DNA from: Amoebophrya sp. A120 | Taxonomy: Eukaryota > Protista > Dinoflagellata | Length of the DNA stretch: 64,000 nt | Direction of reading: 5' to 3' | NCBI GenBank assembly: GCA_905178155.1 | Contig: CAJINV010000004.1 | Location: 6,640,933 to 6,704,932, forward strand | Part shown: positions 13,401 to 25,829 of the stretch, piece after piece | Numbering within the stretch: the stretch's first letter is position 1 | How the letters are laid out: every line of letters begins with the position of its first letter | Notes under the pieces: generated by a model | What the model saw: the letters and a program-made list of their open reading frames with translations, nothing else | What the model was told of the DNA's origin: nothing | The model's database searches: none | Translations under genes and position numbers: made by a program

Positions 13401-16400
13401 AGCCCAGTCCCAGCATTCGCACGCTGACGAACTTCTTTGGTAGAGAGAAGGACTCGCCACTCACGAGCGGCCGCAAGGTGGAGCCGAGTACGAGTGCGGC
13501 AACGGCGCCTGTGGCAGTGCAGGACGAAGAACAGCTGGGGGGAGGTCAGATCGCGACAAGCAGCTTGTCCTTTGAGCAGCGGCATAAAGCCGGAACAAAC
13601 AACTTGGGAGCAGGTGGCGGGGGTGTGAGTCAGCACTCGACTGCTCAGCAAGGTCGGCCGGGGGAGGAGAACCACAACCGCTTACAAGAAGAGCATCAAA
13701 TCAATGGAGCTCCTGCGCCGGCATCAAAGCACCAAGCTGAGATCAACAACGGCACTACTACCGACGGTAGATTTGTTGCTAGGCATGCTGGTCCTTTGTT
13801 AAACAGCCGGCCCGCGAACAACAATCGGACTATGAATTTTCCGAATTTTTTGCTCTCGCCGCGAACTTTCAATCTACCGAACTTCGTTGCGGCAGCAGCC
13901 GCTCCAGGTGGTTGTGCCACATCTACTGCCCCTGTTGTAGCACAAGGAGACGACACGACCAGCGGTTTTCATGCAGGAACGCGACCACACGATCAACCCT
14001 TCCCGCGAAGAACTTCGGCGGCGCCGCGGTCTCAGTCCCAGGGCAATTCGAAGAGCACGAGTGCGCTGCCACCGCCTGTGTTTCCCTCCTTTCTGTTGCA
14101 GCAGCAAGGGCACCAGCATGCACAACTGGGCTTGGCTGCAGGAACAACGTCTGGTGGTTTGTTGAACATGAATTTTGGCTGTAATATGATGCACAAATTT
14201 GGCACCCGAAATAACATGCCTGCAGAGCAACAACCTCCTCCACGCGCTGGTGCTCCAGCGTCGTCGCAAGAACGAGCCGAACAGAGCCAAAACCAGGGCA
14301 GTTTCCAGCTTCGAAAACGATCCTCGTCGTGGTGCAGTGAGCCGCACCCGGAAAGCAGCGGGTCGGAGCCGGTGCAGCAGCCCATCCAGGGGTCCGCGGT
14401 GTTGACGCCGCGGGAACCGCCAGCACAGGAGGCCAGCGTGAACCAGAGTGTGCAAACGCTCTCCCCGCCAGTGGTGGAGCAGCAGCAGCAGAATTTTTCC
14501 AGGAGTAGTACCGGCGCAGCAAGAAATCTTCGCGCCGGAGCAGCCATCGGAGCCGAAAAGGGAAATGATGCTGTCGCAGGAGCTCCCGGCGCCGGCACAG
14601 CAACTCCTCCGCGGGACAACTACGACGCTAGTGTAGGTCCACAAACCGCCTGTGGATCTGGATTCATCAAGAGCAAAAAGCCTCGGAGTCTACAGCCGCC
14701 GCTCCTCGGCGTTGCAACCCCCTTTGCTGCGTTCACATCTACTTCAAGCGGACCATCAGACCACTTTCAGGATGTTGAACACCAAGCGGCAAATAATTCG
14801 ATGACTCAGATGGTGCAGCGAGGACATCAAAACAGGCTGGCTCCGGTTTTCTCCGTACCAGTGCCACCACCAATGTTCTCAACGACCCGGGGCCGCAGTC
14901 CGGGCGCGGGACCAGCACACCGCGGCTTGCTGAATACAGGGAGGTTTTCGTCCGGGCGGAGCAACCGAAAGTATCCGGAGCCACCAGTCCCTGTCCCGAT
15001 TCAGGAAGAAGAACAACCGGTACTGAACAACCACGGCGAGGACACACCACCAGCGGGCAAAGACGCAACTTCCGCTGGAGAAGAGGACGGTGATCGGCAG
15101 CAGAACCACGCTTCGAGCAGTCTTCCCGCCCCGCGGACCTCGGGCACGACGACGTCGCACCAGAAAATTCTAAATCCCGGTACAAGTACCCTGCCGCGGA
15201 CGCTGCAAATGCCCGGAGTGCTTCAGATGCCGTCGCTGTTTGGCGGAACAGCGAATCCGAATGCGAATCTTCCAAATTCGCGGGGGGCTTCCAATCCCGT
15301 GCTACCATCGTTTGTCGGAACTGTTTTCAATAACAGCAAAACGTACCCGACTGCTGGTTTTAACACCATTGGAAAAAATAACACGGGTGAACATCAAGGA
15401 AACAACACGTCATCCAGCTCCTCCTCCAGTTCTTGTTCCAACAGCGCTAGCAGCCGGTCGGAGAGCTGCAGCCGGGCGGCGAGCTCGAACAAAAAAATGG
15501 TGGTGAACGGGAAAATTATGGACACGCCCAGCATCGGAAGCCAGATCGGATCGCAGCAGTCCGGGGACACGGTAACAACCCGATACCGCCAGATACAGGA
15601 AGAAATGGTGCTCAGGAATCCACTGGTACTATGTTACCGATTGTGACGGTCTTGCAGTTGCAACTCAAACTCCTGTCCTATTTGATGTGCACAAGTAGAC
15701 TCATCTAAAAACATCATATCATGTGTTTTTGTTCTTTCATTTCTGCCTGCTTTGCTGCTCAAACAACGACATTTAGAAAACATCTAAGGAATAATTTACA
15801 AATTAGGCTTTCGCGCAGAAGTACGGTGCAAAGGCTGCGCCGGAACCCGCACGCCCGTGGTTCGAGGACAAGTCGCGGGAGAGTTTGCAGTCGCGGCTGC
15901 AGCACCTGGAAGAGGAGCGGCAGGAGCTAGTGACCGCTTTTCTGAATCACAAAGACGAAGGGCCGTTGAAGAAACCGGCAAATGGAATCGGAATGAATCG
16001 TGGCACAGAGCAGGTACGAGTATGCAGATAGGTACATTGATGGCGCCACTCACTGTCTTTTTATACTTAACACTATCGCGTTATTTGTGGTCCTTCTTGA
16101 GAGTCTTCACCATCTTCAGTCGTGGTAGTCAAGCAGAGCCTTAAGAACTCAATCTAACACTCCCCCCCTCGTCCCGCAGGTCGACTCCAGCTCCTCCCCG
16201 GACTTGGAGAGCGGCGGGAACAAGCCTGTGGTCACTCGGGACTGTGTGGAGCGGGCCTTGGAGCTGAATGGGTCGGAGATTATGCGTCTCAAATACGAAC
16301 TGAACCGCCGCGACGTTTCGCAGCCACGAGAGCGCGCGGGCGACGCGGCGGCCGCATCGCCGTTGGAGGCGCAGCCACCCTTCGCCAGCCCGATGGCACC

Positions 16401-19400
16401 AGGTGCGATTTTTTTCTGTTTTCTGCCAACCAAGCTGTTATATGGTATGCTGATTGTACTTGTAGAGAGTGCTGATGTAGTAAGTAGTCAGAGGCGCTCT
16501 GCTTGTCTGTCACCATTGCAGTAGTAGATGCGAACTTCTTATCAATCTATGAAGGTTTCCGCAGCACCATCGAGTCCGACGGCGATGGGGTCCGAAATAT
16601 CCTGAATAAAAACGTCCCCGCCCCTGAGTTGTCTTGCGGATTTGCAATGACAGGAACATTTGTGATGCGCATGCCCATGATTGGCATTTGCTATCGTGTT
16701 TTGGGATTTGTAATGCTGTAAACAGGATAAGCACATGGATTTGTAATCTAATGCGGCTGTGCTTTCCAACCTGCACTACACTACGTACTGCAACTTGTCA
16801 TGCGGGACTGACAAAGCTTCTGGATTTGTGTTGCGAGAGTCCCATCTTGACTCTGGTGTGGGGACGTTTCCGCTCGGGATACGAAAGCCGGTCTTCTGGA
16901 ACACGGATAAAGCTTTTTTGCGGTCGCCGCGCTCACCCTTGGGAGGCCGTATGATTTCATACTTTTCATCACTTGTGATACCAGACAGCACAGAGCTTTC
17001 TGAAAGATCTGATCGACGCTCACGCTCTTCACGAGGTGTATAGTGTTTTGTATTTCGTGCTGCGCACGAGGAGGACTGTGATCCGACGCAATGTGGAGCT
17101 TCGTCGATGCATAAAGAAATTTCCTACACAACGACCCACCCCCCTCACCACAGTGATCTCAACTTCTGCGTCGACGTCTGTCGGCCCATCCACGGTTGTG
17201 ACCCCGTTCGCCCCGTATTGCCTGAACGCGCACCAACACCAGCGCCCTTCCTTCACGCCGATTCCGATTCCTGCGAGCAGCAGCTGCCACATGGCTGGTG
17301 CAACTACATCAAGTGGAATCACCACAGCTGGTGCCCAAAATCAAGCCAGTAGAACAGTTCCCGTAGCAGCACCCCCTTTCATCCACCCACCGCAAGAAGG
17401 GAAGAACGCTGGATTTCTGCAGCAACCTCGGCACCAGCAGGGCGCAGGAGCTGTAGCTACGAGCGTGCGAGGACCACCAGATCGGGGGCTGCAGCGGCAA
17501 CAAAATGAGGAGGAAGTAGTCTACCCGATAAGAGAACAACAAATAAAGCACGATGGCAGGAACGACCTCCCTGTCGGCGCTGGGTATCATCTTCCCGCTC
17601 AGGGAGGAGGTGGAAGTGCATTTATTTCGCAACAGGATGAACGGGCAGAAGCTGCGTACGACTATTCTAGCATGGAGGAGGACGAGGGAGATTTGGCGCT
17701 GGACGAAGAAGAATTTCTTCTCGCGCAAGAAGTAGAGAAACAGCAGTTGTCACCAGCCAGGAAGTTGTACAATCGCCGTCAACATCCGCAGCAGTATGAG
17801 CATAATAAAACACGACCGGCGGGACCTCAGAGCGACGGGCCCCTTGGCTCCCCCTCCGTATCAACTGTAAAAATGTCTGGGTCTGGGAGAATTCATGTTT
17901 GTCATGCTTGTCTGGCATGACTCTTAAATCTGTCATGCACGTTGCCCAAGAGCCGCGTTTTTCTGTCATGCGGAGACGCAGTTTGTCATGCAGAATAGGC
18001 AACACGTACCTGAACACCTACAAGCTCAGAAATTTGTCATGCTGAGCCAGCACTTGTGGCCCCCTCATGCTGCGCCACTCAGCATCACAAGTTTCCAGAC
18101 CCAGACATTTTTGCAGTTCATACTCCGAGGAGGCTAGCAACGACCTGGACGTACCGGCCACGATTCTGAAGAACGCCCTGGAGATACCAAATGCAAAAAT
18201 GTCTGGGTCTGGAAGATTGCGAGATTTGTCATGCTTATCTGGCATGACAAAAAAGTTTGTGATGCGTGTCCAAGAAGATACCCTTTTGCCTGTCATGCAA
18301 AAACGCAGTTTCTCATGCGAAAAACGCAACACAAAGAAGCGCAGATATTTCTCATGCTTGGCTGTGCATTACAGTGCATTCACTATTCCCAACACAGCAT
18401 TACAAGTTTCCAGACCCAGACATTTTTGCATCTGATAGGAGAGCTCCGAAGACGATTCTAGCGAGGTGGCGCTTCTGACGCGACTGCAGAACGGCGAAGA
18501 CCTCGGCCCAGAAGAGGCGGCGAACGGCCGGCAAATCCTGCAGTGGAAGCAAAAATTGGACATATGTCGTCAAGTATGCTGTCGTGCAAAAGTATTTATC
18601 GTCCCTGTGTAAGTTGCTGTCGTGCATGACAAAGTTATACTTTCAACTTTATCCTCCAGGTCCAGCATGACAAATTGCATTTTCATCTTTCTTGGAAAAA
18701 TTTGTCATGCAGTTTGTACTAATGCGGTCATAGTACTTTTGCAACGCATACCAGCAGAGCTGCGACGACGACCGGCAGATGCTGAACGCGTTGACGACCG
18801 ACGAGTTTCAGCAGCAACAATACGTGTGCCAGCTGCAGCAGCAATTGTCAGCCGAGGTGGAGGAAAAGCGGCAACTCCGCCTGGAATTGGAGACCCGCAT
18901 CTCGGCGGAGCGCGAGCGGTCGGCGGTCGAGAAGCGCCGGCTGGTGGGGGAAAAGCGGGCGTTGGAGCGTCGCGTGGCGTGCGAGGATCTGGAAATGCGG
19001 CGCCGGCTTGCGGAAATCGAGTCGCGTCTGATGCAGATGACCGGCGACCGGTCGCGGCTCCAGAACGACAAAAGCACGCTGCGGGCGTCGCTGGCGCGCA
19101 GCCTGCGCAACGTGGAGCAGATCCGGCAGCGGATAGTTTCTCTGTCGCAAATCGAGGGCAAAACGGTGTCGGCATTGCGGTATTTGAAGGAGGAAACACC
19201 GGGGGATTATGTCGAGGGATTAATTTCAACTAGTTGTGGGCAGCAAGAGCAACGAGAAGATGATATGTGGAACAAGTACAATCAGTACAACCCGCATCAA
19301 CATCCAGGCACTTGTGCCAATCAGTACAGCAAGCTGAAGCCGCAAGTTTTTGTCGTCGGTGCAGGAGCTCCCGGAAATAATGGACAAACTCAACACCAAC

Positions 19401-22345
19401 TTCAGCCGGCGGGGGCCAAATACAACCACGCGGCCAAGATAAACAACTACGCTGCACAGCAGCAGCAGCCGCAAATCATTTCTCCCGCGACCATGCCGCC
19501 GTCGACCGTTTTGCCCACGCCGCCGGGGCAGGGCGGCATTTATAATTTCCAACACACGTCGTTGACCACTTCCCCTCTGCCACCGCCGCTCGTCCAGCCG
19601 GTCGTGGTAAAAACCCTGCAGTCGCCGTTGGCAGCTGCTGCCGGGGGGAAAAATAACAATCAAGCTGCTTTTTTTCCCGCACAGGGAGGGGGCACAAGTT
19701 CCGTTCCACGCCTCGGAGTTAGCCCGCAACTGAAGTTCACGCCTGGCTCTACTGCACAGCCTGCGACCACTGCTCGTGCAGTTCCTGGAAAATCAGCATC
19801 ACAAGGTGTTCAACAAGTTCCAAACTTTGTCACCAGTTTGGCGCCCCCCAAAATCGGTGCAGTTCCTGCGGGGAATTTTCCGGAAGAACAAGCCGCATCT
19901 GGTGCAAAGAAGCCGTCCATTGGCGGGCCTGAAGCTCCTGCGACGGAAAGAACATCATCCCAACACCAGCAACCAAAGCTAACGAGCGCGACCTTGGCAA
20001 AACTGCAGCGGAACCATAGCGAAAATTTATTGCAGTATAATGAGGATAATGTTGACACAGCAGGTAGTACACAACAACAACCACGGCTGCTGGTACAGCA
20101 AAATGCGAACAATAATGCACCCCAAGGTTGTTCACCCGGCAATGAACAAGGGCCAAATAGTAATAACTACCCGGCCAACGAAGTGCGGCGGTTTCGTACG
20201 TCCGGGGAAGATATGAAATGCAAAAGTGTCTGGGTCTGGAAACTTGTGATGCTAAAATGTGGATGATGGAAACAGTTCCGAATGCAACACAGCATGGCGA
20301 CTGTTCAGAACGCTTTCTCATGGGAAATCCGCATAAGACACTGCGTTTTTGCGTGTACAACAGAGGCTGCGACTTTTGTTGGCTATGCAATACAGATTTC
20401 CTAGGTATGGAGAGCTAGCATTACAAGTTGCAACCTTCCAGACCCAGACATTTTTGCGTTTGATAGAAGAAGAACTGAGCCAGCTCGACGACGTTCTGGA
20501 GAAGGCAAAGCGGCTACAGGAGAAGGTCCAGCGATCGCAAATGAACAATTCGAGCTTCTTTGAGATCGAGGAGGGAGAGGGCCGCAACATCACTGAAAGT
20601 GAAGCGGTCGGTCGAGGTGCCGCGCTGCTGGGTCAAGAGGAGCAGCAGGACAAGAGGTAGTGTGTAGCTTTATTGTGTAGAACTGAACAGATGAAGAGGA
20701 AGAGCTGATCGTGATCCTGATGCTGATGTGATAAATGTCGAAGCTGTCGTGAGGACGCAAGATTTGCATGGCTGGTCTATCTTCCATGGAAACTGAAAGT
20801 CGGCTTGTTTTCATACTTGGCACAGCAGGTCTGGAAAATGAAGGCAGAACAAGCACCACTTGCACTTGGCACCATCTTCAACAAACTCATTCTTCACCAG
20901 GTTTTTTGAAGAGGAAGAAGGCGAGTTGAGCCGCATCAGTATGGAACAAGAGTTACCACACAGAAAAAAACTGGCAGGTCATATTTGTAATGCAAAATAC
21001 AAATAGACAAAAAAACCTGTATTGCATATCCCAAATAGCATGCTATGAGGCCGCCCATGGCAGATTTTTCTGTGTATTTTGCATTACAAATATGCCCTGC
21101 CAGCTTTTTTCTGTGTGATAAGAATCTATCGTCTTTGACTTTCCCCCGCCGGCGCAGCCGATTTTGGAGTCCGGCTTCCGGAGTTCTGAGCAGATGGACA
21201 ACTATGCGTGCCCTGCCACCGCCGGGCCACGTCCGCTGCGAGAAGAGCACGAAGCAGAGCCCTTGCACCTCCCAGCCATCGCGGTTGGGGTTGCGACGTT
21301 GGAAAATAACAGCGATATTAAAAACGGGCACAAATCATGCGGCGAAGATCAACAAGAACTTCTCAAGGCCCAAGACAATGTAGACGCACAGGAGCCCGGT
21401 CGTGATACTGCTGATGATGATCCCCCGGCCAAGCTGACCAAGTATCCAGGGAAAAAAGATTGTAGGTGAAACTTTCTTGGACGAGTAGCATGACAAATAT
21501 CTTTGTTTCGCATGACAGCAAAAAATTGCGCAGATAGTACGGGAAAACGCCGCTGAATGGACCCTAGAATGCATGCCCAGCATGACAGGCGCAATTAATT
21601 TGCATGTTGCGCATCACAAATTTACACTAACAGCCTTTTTTTCTTGGATACCAAGGTGCGGAAGCGCACGAGCCAGATCGTGAAGAAGGGCCCGCTGTGG
21701 AACATCTCGTGGCAGCAGAACAAGCAGCGAAACAACACCGACAATGGTCTGTCCGCCCGGCCCCGGTTGTCCACGACGTCCCAGGCCCGGAGTGCAAGCC
21801 GGTCGAGGTACGGCGACGACTCAAGCGACGGAAAGTCAGACGATGACTCATCCTCCCCCAGCCCGGCGCTGAAGCGGAAACCGTGGCAGCCGCCGTCCAA
21901 AATCCACCTCGCAGCTGCGAATATTAAGCCTCAAGTCGCTTCGCGGCACGCGCACCTCGACTCTACTTCCGAAGAAGATGAGGAGGCGGACAACCGGGCG
22001 CGGGCGGCGCTGTGGCGCACGTCTTCTGCGAATGCGGCGACCACGAGGAGGGCGGCCGGTGCAGATTATAACAGCAAGAGGGGCGATAGTTCATCACCTA
22101 CAAAAAGTCTGAACAATTTTCAGGGCGGTCGTGGTGGGTTGTTTTCATCGCGAGCAGGTGGAGCTGCCAACAAGATTACCGGGATGAACAAGAAGAACCT
22201 CTCCTCCAGCGCAATCAGCTCCGATTGGAAGTCCACGCCCGAACTGCAAACCCCCGATACGGACGACAGTTTCAAGCTGCGAAGGGGGTTGCGCAGCCAC
22301 AACCTACTGCGCAAATTCAATCGGCAGATCAGCGACAGCTCGTGA
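10478..22345 (+). CDS. Very large low-complexity/coiled-coil protein of unknown function (~2565 aa, 19 exons; 14 introners + 4 GT-AG introns)
   Basis: Exons 10478-10551, 10857-10897, 11188-11672, 11940-11994, 12260-12317, 12585-13094, 13336-15625, 15807-16013, 16180-16402, 16522-16597, 16887-16949, ~17134-17858, 18128-18184, 18443-18573, 18755-20211, 20471-20656, 20901-20953, 21126-21442, 21656-22345 sum to 7698 nt in one frame. GT-AG introns 15626-15806, 16014-16179, 16403-16521, 20657-20900. Coiled-coil at ~18780-19160. The junction at 16950-17133 is uncertain, so this could be two genes. Confidence 0.62.
10552..10851. mobile_element. Introner family B
   Basis: CCCCCCTCCCCAT/ATGGGGAGGGGGG TIRs; TSD GCCGG/GCCGG. 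Confidence 0.9.
10898..11182. mobile_element. Introner family E
   Basis: TIR TATCATATGTAAAAGCGTTCCCACCCCA/TGGGGTGGGGACGTTTTTACTCAGGATA; TSD GACGA/GACGA. Confidence 0.9.
11673..11934. mobile_element. Introner family A
   Basis: Family A TIRs; TSD CGCCG/CACCG. Confidence 0.92.
11995..12254. mobile_element. Introner family A
   Basis: Family A TIRs; TSD GGCGG/GGCGG. Confidence 0.92.
12318..12579. mobile_element. Introner family A
   Basis: Family A TIRs; TSD ACGGA/ACGGA; opposite orientation to 11673-11934. Confidence 0.92.
13095..13330. mobile_element. Introner family G (variant)
   Basis: TIR TATGGCGTTCTCAGCTGTTACATTCTCAA/TTGAAAATGTAACATTTGAGAACTCCATA; TSD GTGAG/GTGAA. Confidence 0.88.
16598..16881. 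mobile_element. Introner family E
   Basis: TIR TATCCTGAATAAAAACGTCCCC/GGGACGTTTCCGCTCGGGATA; TSD CGAAA/CGAAA. Confidence 0.9.
16950..17128. mobile_element. Probable decayed introner / non-canonical intron
   Basis: Starts G-TAT; TIR barely visible; putative TSD GGCCG/CAACG; removal joins flanking frames. Right boundary uncertain. Confidence 0.4.
17859..18122. mobile_element. Introner family A
   Basis: Family A TIRs; TSD CTCCG/CTCCG; reverse-complement relative of 54808-55059. Confidence 0.92.
18185..18437. mobile_element. Introner family A
   Basis: Family A TIRs (starts TAC); TSD GGAGA/GGAGA; reverse-complement relative of 2023-2278. Confidence 0.92.
18575..18750. mobile_element. Introner family D
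   Basis: TGCAAAAGTA/TACTTTTGCA TIR core; eroded TSD TCAAG/CCAGC; readable as GT-CAG (18574-18754). Confidence 0.82.
20212..20465. mobile_element. Introner family A
   Basis: Family A TIRs; TSD GAAGA/GAAGA. Confidence 0.92.
20954..21120. mobile_element. Introner family F
   Basis: TIR TACCACACAGAAAAAAACTGGCAGGTCATATTTGTAATGCAAAATACA/TGTATTTTGCATTACAAATATGCCCTGCCAGCTTTTTTCTGTGTGATA; TSD AGAGT/AGAAT. Confidence 0.9.
21443..21650. mobile_element. Introner family I
   Basis: TIR TATCCAGGGAAAAAAG/CTTTTTTTCTTGGATA; TSD CCAAG/CCAAG. Confidence 0.88.
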
Positions 22346-23825
22346 AAGAAAAAACCTGGATTTCTTCTTGTTGGGGCCGAGTTTGTGTACGCGAAGAAAT
22401 GTACTATGTTGACATGATGATCCATCGGTCAATAGTTCTAAAACTTTCCCAGTTCGGCGTTCTACTCTCAGGATGGAGGGGGCTCGTAGAAGTATAGAAC
22501 AAAGTACATAGTATAGAAGAGTGCGTCAGATTTTTACCAATATTTGAGAAGATTTGCTTTGATTAATTAGTATTAGATTGTGGAAAGCGATATGATCGTA
22601 AAAATCGTCTGATCTATGTTACCACCGGAAAGTAACGAAACACGGGCAGATATTGTAGCGATTGGAATTCGGAATTTGGAATGTTGTAGATTATCGCGAT
22701 TAAGATTGTTGTCAACACGAAGGATTTTATCTTAGGGCCTTGAACTTTTGATGCCTTGCCCGGGCACGGAAAGAAAGAAACTCTGCAGCTGGAATTGATA
22801 TGTGCAAGTATAGAAATTTTTACGACAGCCGAATGTGATTTCTTGCAAGACGAAGTGTAGTTTAGTTTGTGCTGTGGTGCTGATCAGGGAATAAATTCGT
22901 TTGCGGGTTTTTTGAGAACGTAGAATTCGTATGAGTTGTCATCGAGAGTCTAAGTAGCAGAAAGTGAAAGTCGTGTATATGTTTGCAGCGACAATGATCA
23001 AGATTTTTTTAGCGCATTTGCTTTCGAGTATGCTTTTTTTTTGAATTAACAGAGTTGATCCGAAGCCGATGGAAAGGGCTTCGTAAAGCCAATTTTTTAT
23101 CGTGAGTGTGGTGAAAAAATGTATAGGGAAAACGATGTTCAGTACTGTGGCTGCAAGAAGAGTAAGAATGACACTGTATGGATACGCAAATGTGTGAGAT
23201 TTTCGTTTTAGCAGGAATCAAATGACTTTGTAGCGGAATCATGATAAAGCATGCAGTAGATGAGTTCGAGCGTGTTGAAGGACATTGTTGTCGACGAAAT
23301 TAGCACCGACAGAGTGCTGTGTACCATTACACTGAAATGTTGATGTTCCCTCTAGAGATGGAGAATATGAAAATTTGGGTCGTTTGGAGAAAAATAGAAA
23401 AAATATATCCTGATCGCCAGCACTACCAAAGGGGCCGACATGAACGAAGACGAGATGACAGCGATCGAGATCCAATTTGAAAAGTCAAAGACCCGTATGG
23501 TTCCTTCGACAGCTTGTATTTCACAAAATGGACCACAAAAACGCCGTTCAGTAATGTTTTGTTGCTTTGTTTTTTCCCATGAACCCATCCTCAAGCAACC
23601 TTTCATCAGGACCCCATATTTGTAAGTCTCGATTAAATGACCATGAATTTATTTTGCTTAATGTTTAGCGTTTTTTTTCGAAAAAAAAATAGGTCTGCGT
23701 AAGTTTGAAGTTAGTTTGAAATCGCACTGTGTGTCAGTGTGTAGTAAGTAGTTGAACCGAATAGCACCTCGTCTGATAGCAAATCCAATCACTGGTAAGT
23801 ACGACCCTCCAGCACCAGTACACAC

Positions 23826-24917
23826 ATGGAGTATGTAAACCTGAAGCAGGCCCCCCGCGTGGCGGGGGGGCACATGTTGAAGCCGCATCAGAAGCGAATG
23901 GGGGTGTCCGACTCGCTGAAAACGAATGCGATGTGGGAAAAAATCGGGTACGATCCCTACGCGAACCCGGACCATGACGCGAAGGCCAAGGAAATCGCGG
24001 CCGCCCAGCCACGCGGCTACTCGTTGAATTTAGATTACGGACGGGGCAAGGGCGGCCTCAGCGGCGGGAGTCTGGCGGGGAAAAAAGGCGCACCAGGAGG
24101 CGCGGCCGGGGGGAAGGGCGCTGCGCCAGGTATTGGGTGTAATACTGTTTTTTCTACTTCGATCATGAGAACGAGAATTAAGAAATCTGCGACTTAGAAG
24201 CTCATGACCGTGACGAGGGCGGAAGTCATTGCTTCATCTCGTCTTCAGCAGGTTCGACATGGCTATCAGATTGATGTATCGACAGATGAGTAGTTATTGT
24301 TATGTCCACTGTGCACAACGCGAAGCATTGCCATTTCCTACGTTTATTTGTAAGACATCTCATCTTCAGATTCCGGCATGAATGCGCGTGCCGCGCCCAC
24401 CGAGAAGGCGACAGGGATGGAAGAAGTGGTCAAGCTGGCCGGCCTGTCCGCCACGCGAACGCCCGGCGCCTGCACGGTTTGCGGGATGGTCGGGCATCTG
24501 CCGTTTCAGTGCCGAAACACGATAAAGATCGAGGACCCCAGCATCAAGCAGATGGCCCTGCAGAAGCAACTTGCAGCCATGGAGGAAAACATGTCCGATG
24601 ACCCCGATAGTGACGAGGAGCAAAATAACCAGGACAAGATCTTCGGGCAGGAGCCAATACGGAAGCCGACCGCCCTCCTCGGCACGATAGTCCCCGGGCT
24701 GGGGAAGAGGAAGCGAGGCGGCGACAGCGATTCGAAGAACAGCGACAGCGGCAAAAAGAAGAAAAAGAGGCGAAAGGAGAAGTCCAAAAAAAAGAAGAAA
24801 AAAGAAAAAAAGGCGGCAAAAAAGAAGGACGACAAAAAGAAAAAAAAGAAGAACAAAAAAAAGAAAGACAGCAGCAGCGAAAGTAGCTCCTCGTCCTCCG
24901 ACTCAGACTCAGACTAA
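23826..24917 (+). CDS. CXIP4 / SREK1IP1-like zinc-knuckle protein with Lys/Ser-rich tail (~283 aa)
   Basis: N-terminal LKTNAMWEKIGYDPYA resembles the CXIP4 IWQSAIGYDPYA motif; CCHC knuckle GACTVCGMVGHLPFQCRN; poly-Lys and Ser/Asp tail. Exons 23826-24129 and 24370-24917 with one GT-AG intron. Confidence 0.8.
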
Positions 24918-25829
24918 AATTATTAAAACTTCTTCTAGGTGGGCTGCACGGTTCTACTTCTGTAATTGTTACAACCTCCTGTGTACAGGCGAGTGGTCAT
25001 CAATCATCTTGAACAAAGTTGAGTTTTTACAAGTATGAAGCTTTTTTTGGTTCAAAGACAACTTGAAGCAGAAACCTTGTAGTTTGTGGTCTCCCTGTGA
25101 TGCCACGTGACCACGACCACGTCGTGCGCACGAGCCACGCTAAGACCTTCAAAGAACAAACTCCATGAAGAAAATTCATAGCGGCGACAGCGACAAAAAA
25201 GTAAAAAACCGATGATATAAGTAAGTAATTGCGGCTTGTCAGCATCAAGTGGCCTGCAGTTTTGTCCGTAAGACCGGTTTCGCGTTGCGCGGAAGATGTG
25301 CTGTTCCTTCAGTAAAAATCAGCAGGAATCAAGAAGATGCTCAAAGTTGCAGATCATTGTTGGCCCTCGATGGTCTTGGAAAATTTTTGCAGAAGCAACG
25401 CGCCGTCGTATTCTCCAGTCATAACAACGTTTCCAGGTCCAGTCTTCATAACAACGTCGCCTTGCGTTTTTCGGTCACTGTCGCGATCAAGTAGATGCAC
25501 GCAGATCTTGAGGCATGCTCGTTTCGAGTTCCTCTTCCCGTAGCCTTGTTTCGATTTGTGTCGCTCTCGCCGGTCGTACGTCAGTAAGCGACATTTTATA
25601 TTTGGTTTTTCGTTGTTGCGGTTTAAGTACGTTTTAACGCTTAGATTTACTTTTGGTTTTGCTTTTGTTCTTTTCTCGACGCTCGAAAGCCACAAACAGA
25701 AGAGCTCTGTTTCGTTACTGAGAATTGTTGTATGCAGCAGCTTATTCGTGTCCAAAATGTTTTTCGTTTTACCGCAGACTTTCATTTCCTAAAGCCTCGA
25801 GCCGATCAGATCTTGTGTAGCACTCTCTG

